A model generated the notes under the pieces. That model saw nothing but the letters and a program-made list of their open reading frames with translations. It searched no databases and was not told the origin of the DNA. The translations under genes were made by a program, and so were the position numbers. A stretch of 64,000 nt of DNA from assembly GCA_050613775.1 (NCBI GenBank), contig JBODTK010000148.1, forward strand, positions 1-64,000, given 5' to 3'. Below are positions 27,870 to 39,206 of this stretch, in pieces (position 1 is the stretch's first letter; the number at the start of each line of letters is the position of its first letter). The DNA is from Neocallimastix sp. 'constans'. Its lineage: Eukaryota.

Positions 27870-28268
27870 TTAGTATTTTAGTAAGTGTTATTCCATTATG
27901 GAATGCTGTTAATACTTACATAAAAGTTATTTGAAGAAAGTATTTTCTATTAGTACAAAAGGCTTCTTTGATTTGTTTTCTGAGTTTGTATAGGCTTGTT
28001 TCTCGTATTCAAAGTATATATCTAGCAACTGCACTTTATATTTTATTTTATCCAGACCTTGATGTTATCAATCATGAAATGATCAAAGTGTCTATGCCAA
28101 ATGTCTATATTTTTCTGCATTTAGTGATAATATGATATAATTACATATTTTATTTTTATTTTTCTTATTTTTTATTGAAGCTGAACATGCACTTGAAAAA
28201 TATGTTGCATTTCGGAACATGTCTTATAAATAAATATTTAATTCGTAATTTTATACCCCCAAATCTTT

Positions 28269-28303
<35 letters not shown>

Positions 28304-29400
28304 AATTACAAATAAATAAATAAATAAAACTAGAAATAAATATAAATGAGTTAATTTTTTTTTTTCTTTTTAAATTTTAAATTTTAACCATCAAAAAAAT
28401 TTTATCGTAAGCATAATTGTTACTTAAAAAAGAAATGAATTAAATATATAGATCTTAAATAAAATAAATAATAAAAAATTAAATATATTAAATATATTTA
28501 TTTTTAACCATTAAAAAATGGAAAAAAATTCAAAAATTGAAGAAAATGAGAAAAAAAAAACTCTTGATGAATTTGAGCTAGTAGTAAATAACTTATTTCT
28601 TTCGGGCCTCATAAACTGAAACAAGATTTTTATTATTGTATCTTTAAAAGATAGTTTTATATCTATCATTACTAAAATTATGAATAGACATTATACTTCT
28701 TTTAAATACAGGAATGTTGAATATATTCCTTAATATAATTATATTTTTTAAAACGTAGCCTATTTATGTTCTTTTATATGGTGTTGCTATAATATTACAG
28801 AATTCCCGAATTCTATTATTTTATTACCTTGCTTTGTTTTATACAGACTCTCAAGAAAATTAATCATGTAATACGTAGTAATTTATTTGTTTACTTTGTT
28901 GGGAGCGTCCTTTTTAGGTGAAGAAACATAATAGCTGAGGTTTTGTTCAGGTGGTTACTTTATTATTTCAATACCTCGGTTCTGTACAGTAGTTGGATTC
29001 ATCTTGAGATACGAAATTGTAATCCTCAAACAGTGTGTCTAGGAAGTTGCATTCATTATCCTTGTTTTTAGTTTGTTTTCTTCTTTCTTCCACATTGTTG
29101 GCTTGTTCTCTATTATTCTTATTCTTATTATTTTTATTCTTTGGGTGGTGCCAGTATTCTCCAGCTTTATATCCTCATTTATTAAAAAATATAGCACTTT
29201 ACTGCTTCGAGATTTCTTTTTCTCTTAATTTCAATGCTAAATGTAACTGAATTTTTGATTTCTTTGTTTTTTGTTTGAATTGAAGTAAACCTTTAATTCA
29301 TTAAAGTTTTTTTTTTTTTATAATTTTTTTTTCATTGAATAGAGTATGATCTAGATCTTCCAGTTCATTAAAGAATATATTCAGTTCAGAAATATGATAT
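27870..29400 (-). mobile_element. Ty1/copia remnant (gag zinc knuckle and GAG-pre-integrase)
   Basis: Minus strand: VKCYIFNK*GYKAGEYWHHPKNK (decayed CCHC knuckle, ~29140-29210) and IDIWHRHFDHF...KCSC...RNKPYTNSENKSKKP (pre-integrase WHxRxGH type, ~27960-28115). Confidence 0.65.
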
Positions 29401-29599
29401 TTATTTTTTTTTTTTTTTATTAATTGTGTTTTCTTTTTTTAAAAAAAAAAAAAAAAATAGTAATCATGAAATTAATAAATGAATAAATAAATAAAGTTAA
29501 AGTTCGTAATAATTGAGGTTATAAAAAAAAAGTGTATAAATAAATTAAGAAAAAAGTTCATATGCAGCAAACCTCACCTCTATGAATGTAAGAATTTTG

Positions 29600-30129
29600 T
29601 TTAAAAAGGAATTCTTATTCCAGATTAGGGTTTAAATTTACAATCTGAAAGAAATTATAGTCTTCTCCTTCAGAAGTAATGGATAGCCTGTTTTACTGCA
29701 TTTTCAGTGGTTGACGCTCTCTGTTAGTTAATACTTATACCATCAGAATAGCAACCCTTGTCGAGCACGAGCTCTTGGCATAATTTCGGTAAAGAGAACC
29801 TCAGATCGCACCAAGAATGGCGTTTTAGAGTAATAACCAAAAGAGATACAGTTATTGAACACAACATTCCATTCCTTTTTATAATTTAAATCAAATAATG
29901 TTTGCATCTCTTCCAGCAGGAGGGAAGTTAAATTCTCAATATCATGTCATAGATATATTTACAGACTCATTATTCAGAAAATTATTAATATTAGCATGAT
30001 TATCATCAATTGATCTATTCACTTCATTATTAGTAACGACACTATTATTCTCACTATCATTAATATTAATATTCATATTCATATTTTTCACTATCAGTAC
30101 TATTACTATTAATAACAATATTATTTCTA

Positions 30130-30172
<43 letters not shown>

Positions 30173-32230
30173 AACTTAATCCCTACCGTCAGAATCAATA
30201 CTTGATTCCATATTATTCATATCTGTAGTAACGGTGTTTACACTACTATTTGATATTGGACAATATTTGGAAATTAACAAAAAATTTTTCATAAAAAATT
30301 TCAATATCCTTAAAATATTTCATTCTGAATTAATGGAAAATATAGTGTTAGAAAAGCATTGTTCTAATGGGGGATTACTATTTTCACTATAACAACAAGG
30401 ACACCGTTCGATCATATTGGCAGCTTTGGCAACACAAGCATCAAATTTATATTCACATCTGGTACGAAATGCCCATCGGAAACCAATGCTATATCTAGGA
30501 TACTTAAAGTTGAGATTTATGTAGTCTCTAGTTTTCTTAAATTTTATTTTTTTTTTTTTTCAATTAGTCTTAACCTTAATCGATTATCTCTATCCCAGTA
30601 AAACTTTGTAGTTGATTTTTCAGATGGATATTTATCTAATTTGTCTGCAAAAATTTTATTTTCTTTATCCTATGTATCTGTGTACTTCTCGTTCTTTCTT
30701 TTTTAAATCCAAGTAGAAGTGTTTAATACGAAACTTACCAAATTACTATAGCATAAAAATAACATTCGTTTATAAGGAATAAGAATAAGAGAATTCTTAA
30801 AAAAATTTTTTAATGGAATAAAGTGCTTTTCTAACTTTATTATTCATTTTCTGTATGATCGGTTTCAACTCTAAATCTTTTGACAACGGTACACAGAGCT
30901 AGGTATAGCGATTTGTTTTAGGTAACTCTTGACTTGAAAGATAAAAGGTAGATTTACTATTATTAATAAATTTTGAAACTTCCCATCGTACTACTAAACT
31001 GGCACATTTATTGATACCAAACTTTATTTCTTATTTCTTTATTTCTAACCCACTTACTGGCTAATTTTTTAACAATTTCTTAAAGTTGAGATCTTGTTGG
31101 AGCGCATAAAACAATGTCATCTGCAAAGAGAACCTCTACAACAACGTTTATTACCAACAGAGATTGCATATTTATCATGTTTACTAAAAATGACATTAAT
31201 GAACAAGTTAAACAAAATCGGTGAGAGGGGACCACCTTGACGAACATTTTTCTTAATTCTAAATGAATTCCAATAATTGTCCATCAACCCTTACACCAGT
31301 CTTGAAAGATGAATATAAGTTTTCAATAAAAATATAGCACCTACACCTGATACCTAAGTAATGAATCTTCATTAATATATTAATATAGGAACTGAGTCCT
31401 AAGCCATTTTTAAAATTCAAAAAAGCAAGATACGTATCTTTATTTTCAAAGTTGCGTCTATGACATATAATTCCTATTGAAGTATAAAGACTTATACATT
31501 CTTCTCCTTTACGAAATCCATATTGTTCTGGCTTAATAAATCCTTTATCAATTCCATATTTAGAGATTCTATTATAGCGATAATTATCGCTACAATTTTT
31601 AATCCATTATTAATAAGAGAGAAGCCACGATAGTCATTGCAATCTGATGGATCTACCCCCTTTTTTTTTATTTGGTATAGAAACTATTAATGCGTTATTC
31701 CATGATTTTGGAAAAATCACCATTAACAAATATGATTGACTAAGACTCTGAGACACTTAAAGTCAGATGAAATATATTTACTATTATTTTTCACTAGATT
31801 CTTCTGAATCATCTTTACCAAGGAATCAAAGCTTTAAAGAATTCTACTGGAATCCCATCAGGACTACAAGCTTTAAAGTTAAGGGTAAATGAGACCACCT
31901 CGCTAAAATTTCTTCATAGCTTATATCTTGGATAATTTCCCATTCTTGATGTATTAAATTTCTCAAATTTCTAAGTGCATCAGAATCTTTCCAGAAATCT
32001 CTACTAGAAAGACCGTGACCTGAAGAAACTAGTTCATTATTATTGTTTTTAATAGGATGGGAGACAGTGAATGATTGATTTTTTAGCATTCTTTTTTATC
32101 CATTTCCATGCTTTCTTACTATCCATTTTTTAAAGCTAACAAACATCCAATCTTTATTCAATATAAATATTCTTTTTTTTTTTTTTTTTACCTAAATTCA
32201 TTATATTTTTCATAAATTGATTTGATTCGA
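29600..32230 (-). mobile_element. LINE ORF2 remnant (RT + C-terminal CPCC zinc finger + 3' end), same family as 5165-7260
   Basis: 30675-32200 is colinear with and highly similar to 5185-6770 at nucleotide level. FADDIVL at ~31110; FRWAFRTRC...RCPCC at ~30390-30490; many frameshifts. Confidence 0.9.
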
Positions 32231-32559
32231 TTAATAGGGCTTTGCTAATGTAATAATTTTCTTTATAATCATCATAAATTAACATGTTAGTAGTAAAAAA
32301 CTATAAAAATATTCCCATCAGTTAATTTAAAGTTTTAAAAACAAGTTTTGGAGTGAATTCATCTCCTTCATTTCCATTATACAATAGCTACATCAGTTTA
32401 AATAATACTATAGATAATTGTATATATATATATAAAAAAAAAAGAAGCTAAAGCAAAAAAAAAAATAAATGCAATAGATTCATTACAATAATAATATGTA
32501 GAAACTACATGATATTATTAACTATACAACTCCAATATTACTATATATTCATTTTAAGA

Positions 32560-32800
32560 AGCAATATAAAACATCAAATTCACTTACTATAGTCTTTCTT
32601 ATATTTCAAATTTTCTCTTTCGTACTCGAAGCCACTTAAGAAGGATAACCATCGATTATCATCAGGATTATAGAAAATTGGAATAAGTATACACCTGATG
32701 GAGATTATTCCTTTTCCATTAATCTTCAATGGACCTGGAAATACAGTATATATTATTGGGGTATGAACATCTTTGACAATAGTAGAATAAATAGTATGAT
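32560..32800 (-). mobile_element. Possible Ty3/gypsy RNase H fragment
   Basis: Minus strand YSTIVKDVHTPIIY...QVYTY...NRWLSFLSGFEY resembles the NYSTxEKExLAIV...VYTDH...RWxxxLSxF pattern; heavily decayed. Confidence 0.4.
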
Positions 32801-33029
32801 ATATAAATTAATTATAAATAAAAAAATAATTAATCATAATTAGTATGAGATTTATATTAGGCTAGATATTCCGTTAAGCTCCCTAAATATATAAATTTAG
32901 AAAATAAGATTCTCTCGTAATTGTTCTATAAAAATTTATTAAATATATCTTTAAATTAAAAGATAATATTTTAAATGATATATTTCCCCCAAGAAGGTGA
33001 CGCTATACATAATTTTTTTTTTTAGACAG

Positions 33030-33450
33030 GGAAGAGAATACACTTCCATAAATTTATTAATTTTATTATAAATAATATATGTAGGTGAAAAGTACATTTA
33101 AAATTAAAAATAAAAATAAAAGTTAAAAAAATAAAAAATAAAAAAGCTCAAAAATACTATGTATTTCGGCAAGTTGTACTATGCGGGAATTTTCCCTTTC
33201 TAACAAATAAAAAAGTAATAAAACCTAGAAGTAACATCTTTAAAATAGATAGTGTGGTGTCCACTAAACTCTCCCCGGATTCATCATTTATTGAACTACT
33301 AAGGTGAGATTCACCCTTTCGTAGAAATAGATGATGATCTTGTATTATCATTATGCCTTATCAGTACGACGTCGACGCTCTTGGTTAAGTTTGGTATTTT
33401 ACAATACCTATCGAATAATAGCTCAAACGAACTACTTATGATAGGTACGT
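33030..33450 (-). mobile_element. 3' terminal fragment of a LINE
   Basis: VPIISSSFELLFDRY...TKSVD resembles the C-terminus of the 29.6 kb LINE (IMPRARARQGLLF..Y...TESVN); downstream sequence matches 430-800. Confidence 0.45.
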
Positions 33451-33540
33451 TATATATAAAAATTAATATTATATTTGAAATCTTTTATTTAAATATTTAT
33501 TTTTTTAATATAATAAATGAAAAAAACAATGATTTTTTTT

Positions 33541-33573
<33 letters not shown>

Positions 33574-33771
33574 GTACTTTTAATATATTTTTAATTAAAA
33601 GATAAAACTTATGAAAAAAAAAAAAAAAAGGATGTTTTTATTTATAAGTTAAATATATTTATGGTATTTATAATTTTTATAACACATAAAAAATGATTTT
33701 TATTTATATATTTATTTTTAAAAGTTATTATGTTTAAATTTATTTATTATATATATTAAAGTATTTTATTT

Positions 33772-33812
<41 letters not shown>

Positions 33813-34560
33813 TATTTTAATTTTTATTAATAATACACATAAAAAAAAAAATATAAAATAATATTTTACACTAATATAGAAAGAATTTATATATATATAT
33901 ATATTACATAAAATTTTATTATTATTATAATTATTATTATTACTATTATTATTATAATTTTATGTCTCTATTATTTATAATTTATATTATTAGCATTACT
34001 CAAATTATTATACATATATATTAGTATGAAATGAATTCATCATTCTTCCATAACAAGTCTGATATTATATTATATTAAGTAATAAGAATTGTTATTTTTT
34101 TTTTTTTTTTAACTATAATAAAAAAAAATTAACATATATATCTTTTAAAAGAGTAATTTTTTTTTTTTTTTTTTTTTTTTTTTTCAACTTCTTATAATAA
34201 CAATATATATATATATTATTTTTGAATCTTTAATAGTAATAAGAAGATGAAGATGAAATAAAATTTTAAGTTTTACTTATTTAATATTTTTTTTTCTACA
34301 AAAATAAAAATAAAAAGTAAAAAAAAAAAAAAAAAAAAAGGAAAAATTATATATATATATGTAGTTTATAATAGTATATATAAAAAATTATTATATTTAT
34401 TTATAATAGATAGGAAGTAAATAAATATATATATATATATATATATACGTATTATTAATTTTTATTTTTTTTATATAAATAATTAATAAAAAAATAATTA
34501 TAAAAAATTATTATAAAAATTTTTATTTTTCTTTCTTTCTTCTTTCTCTCAATCTCATAT

Positions 34561-34593
<33 letters not shown>

Positions 34594-34646
34594 GACTTTC
34601 ATTTTATTTTTAACTGTTTTTTATTTCATTAATTTCATTAATTTAT

Positions 34647-37415
34647 TTATGAATAACAGAGACCATAACGTGGTTGACATCCATGACCACAGTAATCACT
34701 ACTTTTACCACAGTATCCATATTTACTACAGCAGTAGCCGGATTTGGCACAGGCTCCAAAGTTGGAACCACATCTATCGGAAACGGTAGAGGTTGGAACC
34801 TTCTTAGAAACAGTGGTGGTTCTCTTCTTGGTAGTGGTCTTTTTGGTGGTGGATTTCTTTGTAGTGGACTTCTTCTTCTTAGTAGAGGTCTTCTTAGTAC
34901 TGGATTTCTTAGCTGAAGATTTCTTAGTACTAAGCTTCTTCTTAGATGAGGAGGTCTTCTTAGAAGTAGTTTTCTTGGTAGTGGATTTCTTGGTCGAAGA
35001 CTTTATGACATCACAAACACCAAATTCACTTTGGCATCCACGACCACAGTAATCACTAGTCTTACCACAGTAACCATATTTACTACAACAGTAACCAGAT
35101 TTAGAGCATGCACCATACTTTGGTCCACATTTACCAGAAACAGTAGAAGTTGGAACCTTCTTTGAAGTAGTAGTACTGATTCTTTTCTTTGTGACAGTAG
35201 TCTTTTTGGTGGAAGTTTTCTTAGTAGAAGATTTCTTTGAAGAAGATTTCTTAGTAGAAGACTTCTTGGAAGAAGATTTCTTTGAAGAAGATTTCTTAGT
35301 AGAAGACTTCTTGGCAGAGGTCTTCTTAATAGAAGTAGAAGAAGACTTTTTCGTAACAGTGGACTTGTCAGAATCACATTCACCGAACTCACTTTGACAG
35401 CCTTTACCACAGTATTCACTAGTCTTACCACAGTAACCATATTTACTACAGCAATATCCTGCCTTAGCGCAGGCACCATACTTTGGACCACATTTTCCTG
35501 ATACAGTAGAAGTTGGAATCTTCTTTGAAGTTGTAGTAGATCTAGTGTAAGTAGTTGATTTTTTAGTAGATCTAGTGTTAGTAGTTGATTTTTTAGTAGA
35601 TCTAGTTTTAGTAGTTGATTTTTTAGTAGATCTAGTGTTAGTAGTTGTTTTTTTAGTAGATCTAGTGTTAGTAGTCGATTTTTTAGTAGATCTAGTGTTA
35701 GTAGTCGATTTTTTAGTAGATCTAGTGTTAGTAGTCGATTTTTTAGTAGATCTAGTGTCAGTAGTTGATTTTTTAGTAGATCTGGTGGTAATAGTTGTTT
35801 TTTTAGTAGATCTAGTTGCAGTAGTTGTTTTTTTAGTAGATCTAGTTGCAGTAGTTGTTTTTTTAGTAGATCTAGTGGTATTAGTTGTTTTTTTAGTAGA
35901 TCTAGTTGCAGTAGTTGATTTTTTAGTAGTAGTACTAGTGGTAGTAGTGGTAGTGGTAGTAGTTGGTTTTTCTGTTGTAGTTGTAGTAGTGGTTGTAGTT
36001 GGTTTTTCAGTTGTAGTTGTGGTAGTAGTAGTGGTAGTAGTTGGTTTTTCAGTAGTGGTAGTGGTTGTAGTTGGTTGTTCAGTAGTAGTAGTGGTAGTGG
36101 TAGTAGTTGGTTTTTCAGTAGTGGTAGTGGTTGTAGTTGGTTGTTCAGTAGTAGTAGTGGTAGTGGTTGTAGTTGGTTTTTCAGTAGTAGTAGTGGTAGT
36201 GGTTGTAGTGGTAGTAGTTGTAGTTGGTTTTTCAGTAGTAGTAGTGGTAGTAGTTGTAGTTGGTTTTTCAGTGGTAGTAGTGGTAGTAGTTGTAGTTGGT
36301 TTTTCGGTGGTAGTAGTGGTAGTGGTTGTAGTTGGTTTTTCGGTGGTAGTAGCGGTAGTGGTTGTAGTGGTAGTGGTTGTAGTTGGTTTTTCAGTAGTAG
36401 TGGTAGTGGTTGTAGTGGTAGTGGTTGTAGTTGGTTTTTCAGTAGTAGTGGTAGTGGTTGTAGTGGTAGTGGTTGTAGTTGGTTTTTCAGTAGTAGTGGT
36501 AGTGGTTGTAGTGGTAGTGGTTGTAGTTGGTTTTTCAGTAGTAGTGGTAGTGGTTGTAGTGGTAGTGGTTGTAGTTGGTTTTTCAGTAGTAGTGGTAGTG
36601 GTTGTAGTGGTAGTGGTTGTAGTTGGTTTTTCAGTAGTAGTGGTAGTGGTTGTAGTGGTAGTGGTTGTAGTTGGTTTTTCAGTAGTAGTGGTAGTGGTTG
36701 TAGTGGTAGTGGTTGTAGTTGGTTTTTCAGTAGTAGTGGTAGTGGTTGTAGTGGTAGTGGTTGTAGTGGTAGTGGTTGTAGTGGTAGTGGTTGTAGTTGG
36801 TTTTTCAGTAGTAGTGGTAGTGGTTGTAGTGGTAGTGGTTGTAGTTGGTTTTTCAGTAGTAGTAGTGGTAGTAGTTGTAGTTGGTTTTTCGGTGGTAGCA
36901 GTGGTAGTAGTTGTAGTTGGTTTTTCAGTAGTAGTAGTGGTAGTGGTAGTAGTGGTAGTTGTTGTAGTTGATTTTTCTGTAGTTGTAGTTGTAGTAGTAG
37001 TAGTGGTAGTGGTAGTAACTGGTTTTTTAGTAGTAGTAGTGGTAGTAACTGGCTTTTTAGTAGTAGTAGTTGTTGTTTTTTTAGTGGTAGTAGTAGCAGT
37101 ATTACAAAGGTTTTGACTTATATATCTCTTAACTAAATCATCATAATGTTTAATTTTGTCAGCACCCATAACTTTACAGCTAGTAATACTACCAAAACCA
37201 CCATTATCAAATATTTTTTGACAATTTTTGTTTCTTATAATCTGACAAATAGTTTCCTTATCTTTATTAATACTTATTGAATCTAAATCAACTAATTTAG
37301 ATACTGGACAACCTTTTGCTTGAATGGCAGCCCCACAAACTAATTCTCCAATACCTATGGCATTAACACTAAGGATTAAGAGTATGAATGAAAATAATAA
37401 TGTGAAAAATTTCAT
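34647..37415 (-). CDS. Secreted 922-aa protein: 6-Cys N-terminal domain, long Thr-rich stalk, three CBM18 modules with Lys/Ser-rich linkers
   Basis: Single ORF with signal peptide MKFFTLLFSFILLILSVNA; three hevein-type CG...CCSKYGYCG....YCG.GCQ..FG.C modules; no catalytic motif. Confidence 0.93.
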   Translation of the reverse strand: MKFFTLLFSFILLILSVNAIGIGELVCGAAIQAKGCPVSKLVDLDSISINKDKETICQIIRNKNCQKIFDNGGFGSITSCKVMGADKIKHYDDLVKRYISQNLCNTATTTTKKTTTTTTKKPVTTTTTTKKPVTTTTTTTTTTTTTEKSTTTTTTTTTTTTTTEKPTTTTTTATTEKPTTTTTTTTTEKPTTTTTTTTTTTTTEKPTTTTTTTTTTTTTTTTTTTTTTTEKPTTTTTTTTTTTTTEKPTTTTTTTTTTTTTEKPTTTTTTTTTTTTTEKPTTTTTTTTTTTTTEKPTTTTTTTTTTTTTEKPTTTTTTTTTTTTTEKPTTTTTTTTTTTTTEKPTTTTTTTTTTATTTEKPTTTTTTTTTEKPTTTTTTTTTEKPTTTTTTTTTEKPTTTTTTTTTTTTTTEKPTTTTTTTTTEQPTTTTTTTEKPTTTTTTTTTEQPTTTTTTTEKPTTTTTTTTTTTEKPTTTTTTTTTEKPTTTTTTTTTSTTTKKSTTATRSTKKTTNTTRSTKKTTTATRSTKKTTTATRSTKKTTITTRSTKKSTTDTRSTKKSTTNTRSTKKSTTNTRSTKKSTTNTRSTKKTTTNTRSTKKSTTKTRSTKKSTTNTRSTKKSTTYTRSTTTSKKIPTSTVSGKCGPKYGACAKAGYCCSKYGYCGKTSEYCGKGCQSEFGECDSDKSTVTKKSSSTSIKKTSAKKSSTKKSSSKKSSSKKSSTKKSSSKKSSTKKTSTKKTTVTKKRISTTTSKKVPTSTVSGKCGPKYGACSKSGYCCSKYGYCGKTSDYCGRGCQSEFGVCDVIKSSTKKSTTKKTTSKKTSSSKKKLSTKKSSAKKSSTKKTSTKKKKSTTKKSTTKKTTTKKRTTTVSKKVPTSTVSDRCGSNFGACAKSGYCCSKYGYCGKSSDYCGHGCQPRYGLCYS
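35535..35925 (-). repeat. Coding minisatellite: 13 x 30 bp (TRSTKK[ST]TTx)
   Basis: TAGTAGATCT recurs every 30 bp. Confidence 0.95.
35930..37095 (-). repeat. Coding Thr-rich array (EKP-Tn), including about 7-8 identical 48-bp units at ~36385-36770
   Basis: GGTTTTTCAGTAGTAGTGG... has a 48-bp period (36433, 36481, ...) and shorter variant units on both flanks. Confidence 0.95.
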
Positions 37416-39019
37416 CTTAAATTAATTTTAAAAGCAATTTGTTTAAAACTAAAAATAATAATTATAATAATGTTATATATCAAATATTATATATATATAT
37501 ATATAATTAATTTTATTTTTTATTTTTATTTTTAATTCTTTTGTTTTTACAATTTTATATTATATAATTTTTATTTCTTAATATGTTTCTTAATTTTATA
37601 AATATATTTTATATAATATTTATTTATTTTTATTAACTATTTTTTTCTTTTTTTTAATTTATTATAATTTTTTTATAAAAAAAATTATAATATGTTGCAA
37701 AAAGAAAAAAGAAAAAAAGAAAAAAAATAAAAATAAAAATAAAACAAATAAATAAATATTTATATATAAATTTATTAATATATAATTTAATTTATATAAT
37801 ATTTTGTTTTTTTTTGTTTTTTTTTTTTTTGTTTTTTATCTATAATTATTTATTATTAATTTACTTTTCTTTTTAGTACTATTATTGAACATTATTTTTA
37901 TAGATATATATTTAAATATTGAATAAATGAAATGTATAAATTAAATAATTAAATTTTTAATTATCACATTTGATTGTTTTCTATATCTGTAAGTTAATTT
38001 ATATTATTAATAAAATTCTTTTAATTTAAAATAAAATTGAATAATATTTAATAATATTATTAATTTAATAATTTTATTAATTATATCAATAAGTAAATAA
38101 ATAAATAAAAAAATTTAACATTTTCTTGTATATAAACATATATATATAATATTAAACATTATTTGTATGTATATGTATAATTCATATAATCAGTGTGACA
38201 CGAACAAAAAGAATTAAAACTTTAAATAATAATAAAATTAAATTTTATTCTTTATAAAATTTTTTAAACTCATATGTGATTCATTTCACAATATGGCATA
38301 TTACAATATGTGACGTTTTAACTTATTATAATAATCAATAATTAATGTGTAAATAAATAGTGAAGTAATAAAGATAAAAAAAAAATTAATATTTATATAA
38401 AGATTATTATTTATTTTTTTTTAAACTATATAATTGTTTATAGCTATTAACAATTTTGATGATCTTTTCACCTAGTTATTTTTTTTTATTTATTATAAAT
38501 TAGCATATATATTATTTAAACCATAATTCAATAGTATTATTTCTTAAATAAATAATGTCAAATAAAATATTAATAAAAATATAATAGTAATTATAATAAT
38601 ATAATAATTAACTAATAATATTTAATTATATAAATATATATTTAATTATAAAGATAACTTTCTAATTTTTTTTTTTTTTTTTTTTGAAATTGTGTAATTG
38701 TTTAAAAGTATTAATAATTTTTAAAACCTTTAATTCTTTTTTTAAATATTAATAGAAAATTTTATATATATATATATATTTTTTTATTTTTAATAATACT
38801 AATTTTATTAATAATAAATATATTTGTATTATTAATAATAAAATAAATAATGAAATATTAATAAAATAAAATGAAATTTTATTATTGGGTTTATGTATAC
38901 TACTACAAACATATAAAAATATTTCTATATAAAAAAAAATTTTTTTTTAATTTTATAATAAATAAAAAAATAAAAAATCTTTAGCACTTTTTAAAATATG
39001 TTTTATTTTAAAATATAAC

Positions 39020-39110
39020 ATCACTATTGACTAATCAGAAGTAGTAGTTACAGAAAACTATTCCTCCCAAAGTGTTGTCCATGCTGTGATAAAATGTAGA
39101 TCAACCTTTT
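39020..39110 (+). mobile_element. Tiny LINE zinc-finger fragment
   Basis: Reads VTEN..PKCCPCCDK, resembling the CPCC finger of the other LINEs in the window. Confidence 0.35.
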
Positions 39111-39206
39111 TTTACTCTTTTTTTTTTAATCCATTTTATTATTATTATTAGTATTAGTATTAATATTAATAATTAATATCTTATAAGTATAATTTTTAAA
39201 TATTAT

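Noticed and set aside
35535..35925. Regular 30-bp repeats with a palindromic core, superficially CRISPR-like
   Set aside because: No unique spacers, in-frame coding repeats, eukaryotic context, no cas genes.
35575..37116. 513-aa poly-Val ORF and 298-aa Ser/Gly/Cys ORF on the plus strand
   Set aside because: Antisense shadows of the Thr-codon array of the 922-aa gene; no independent features.
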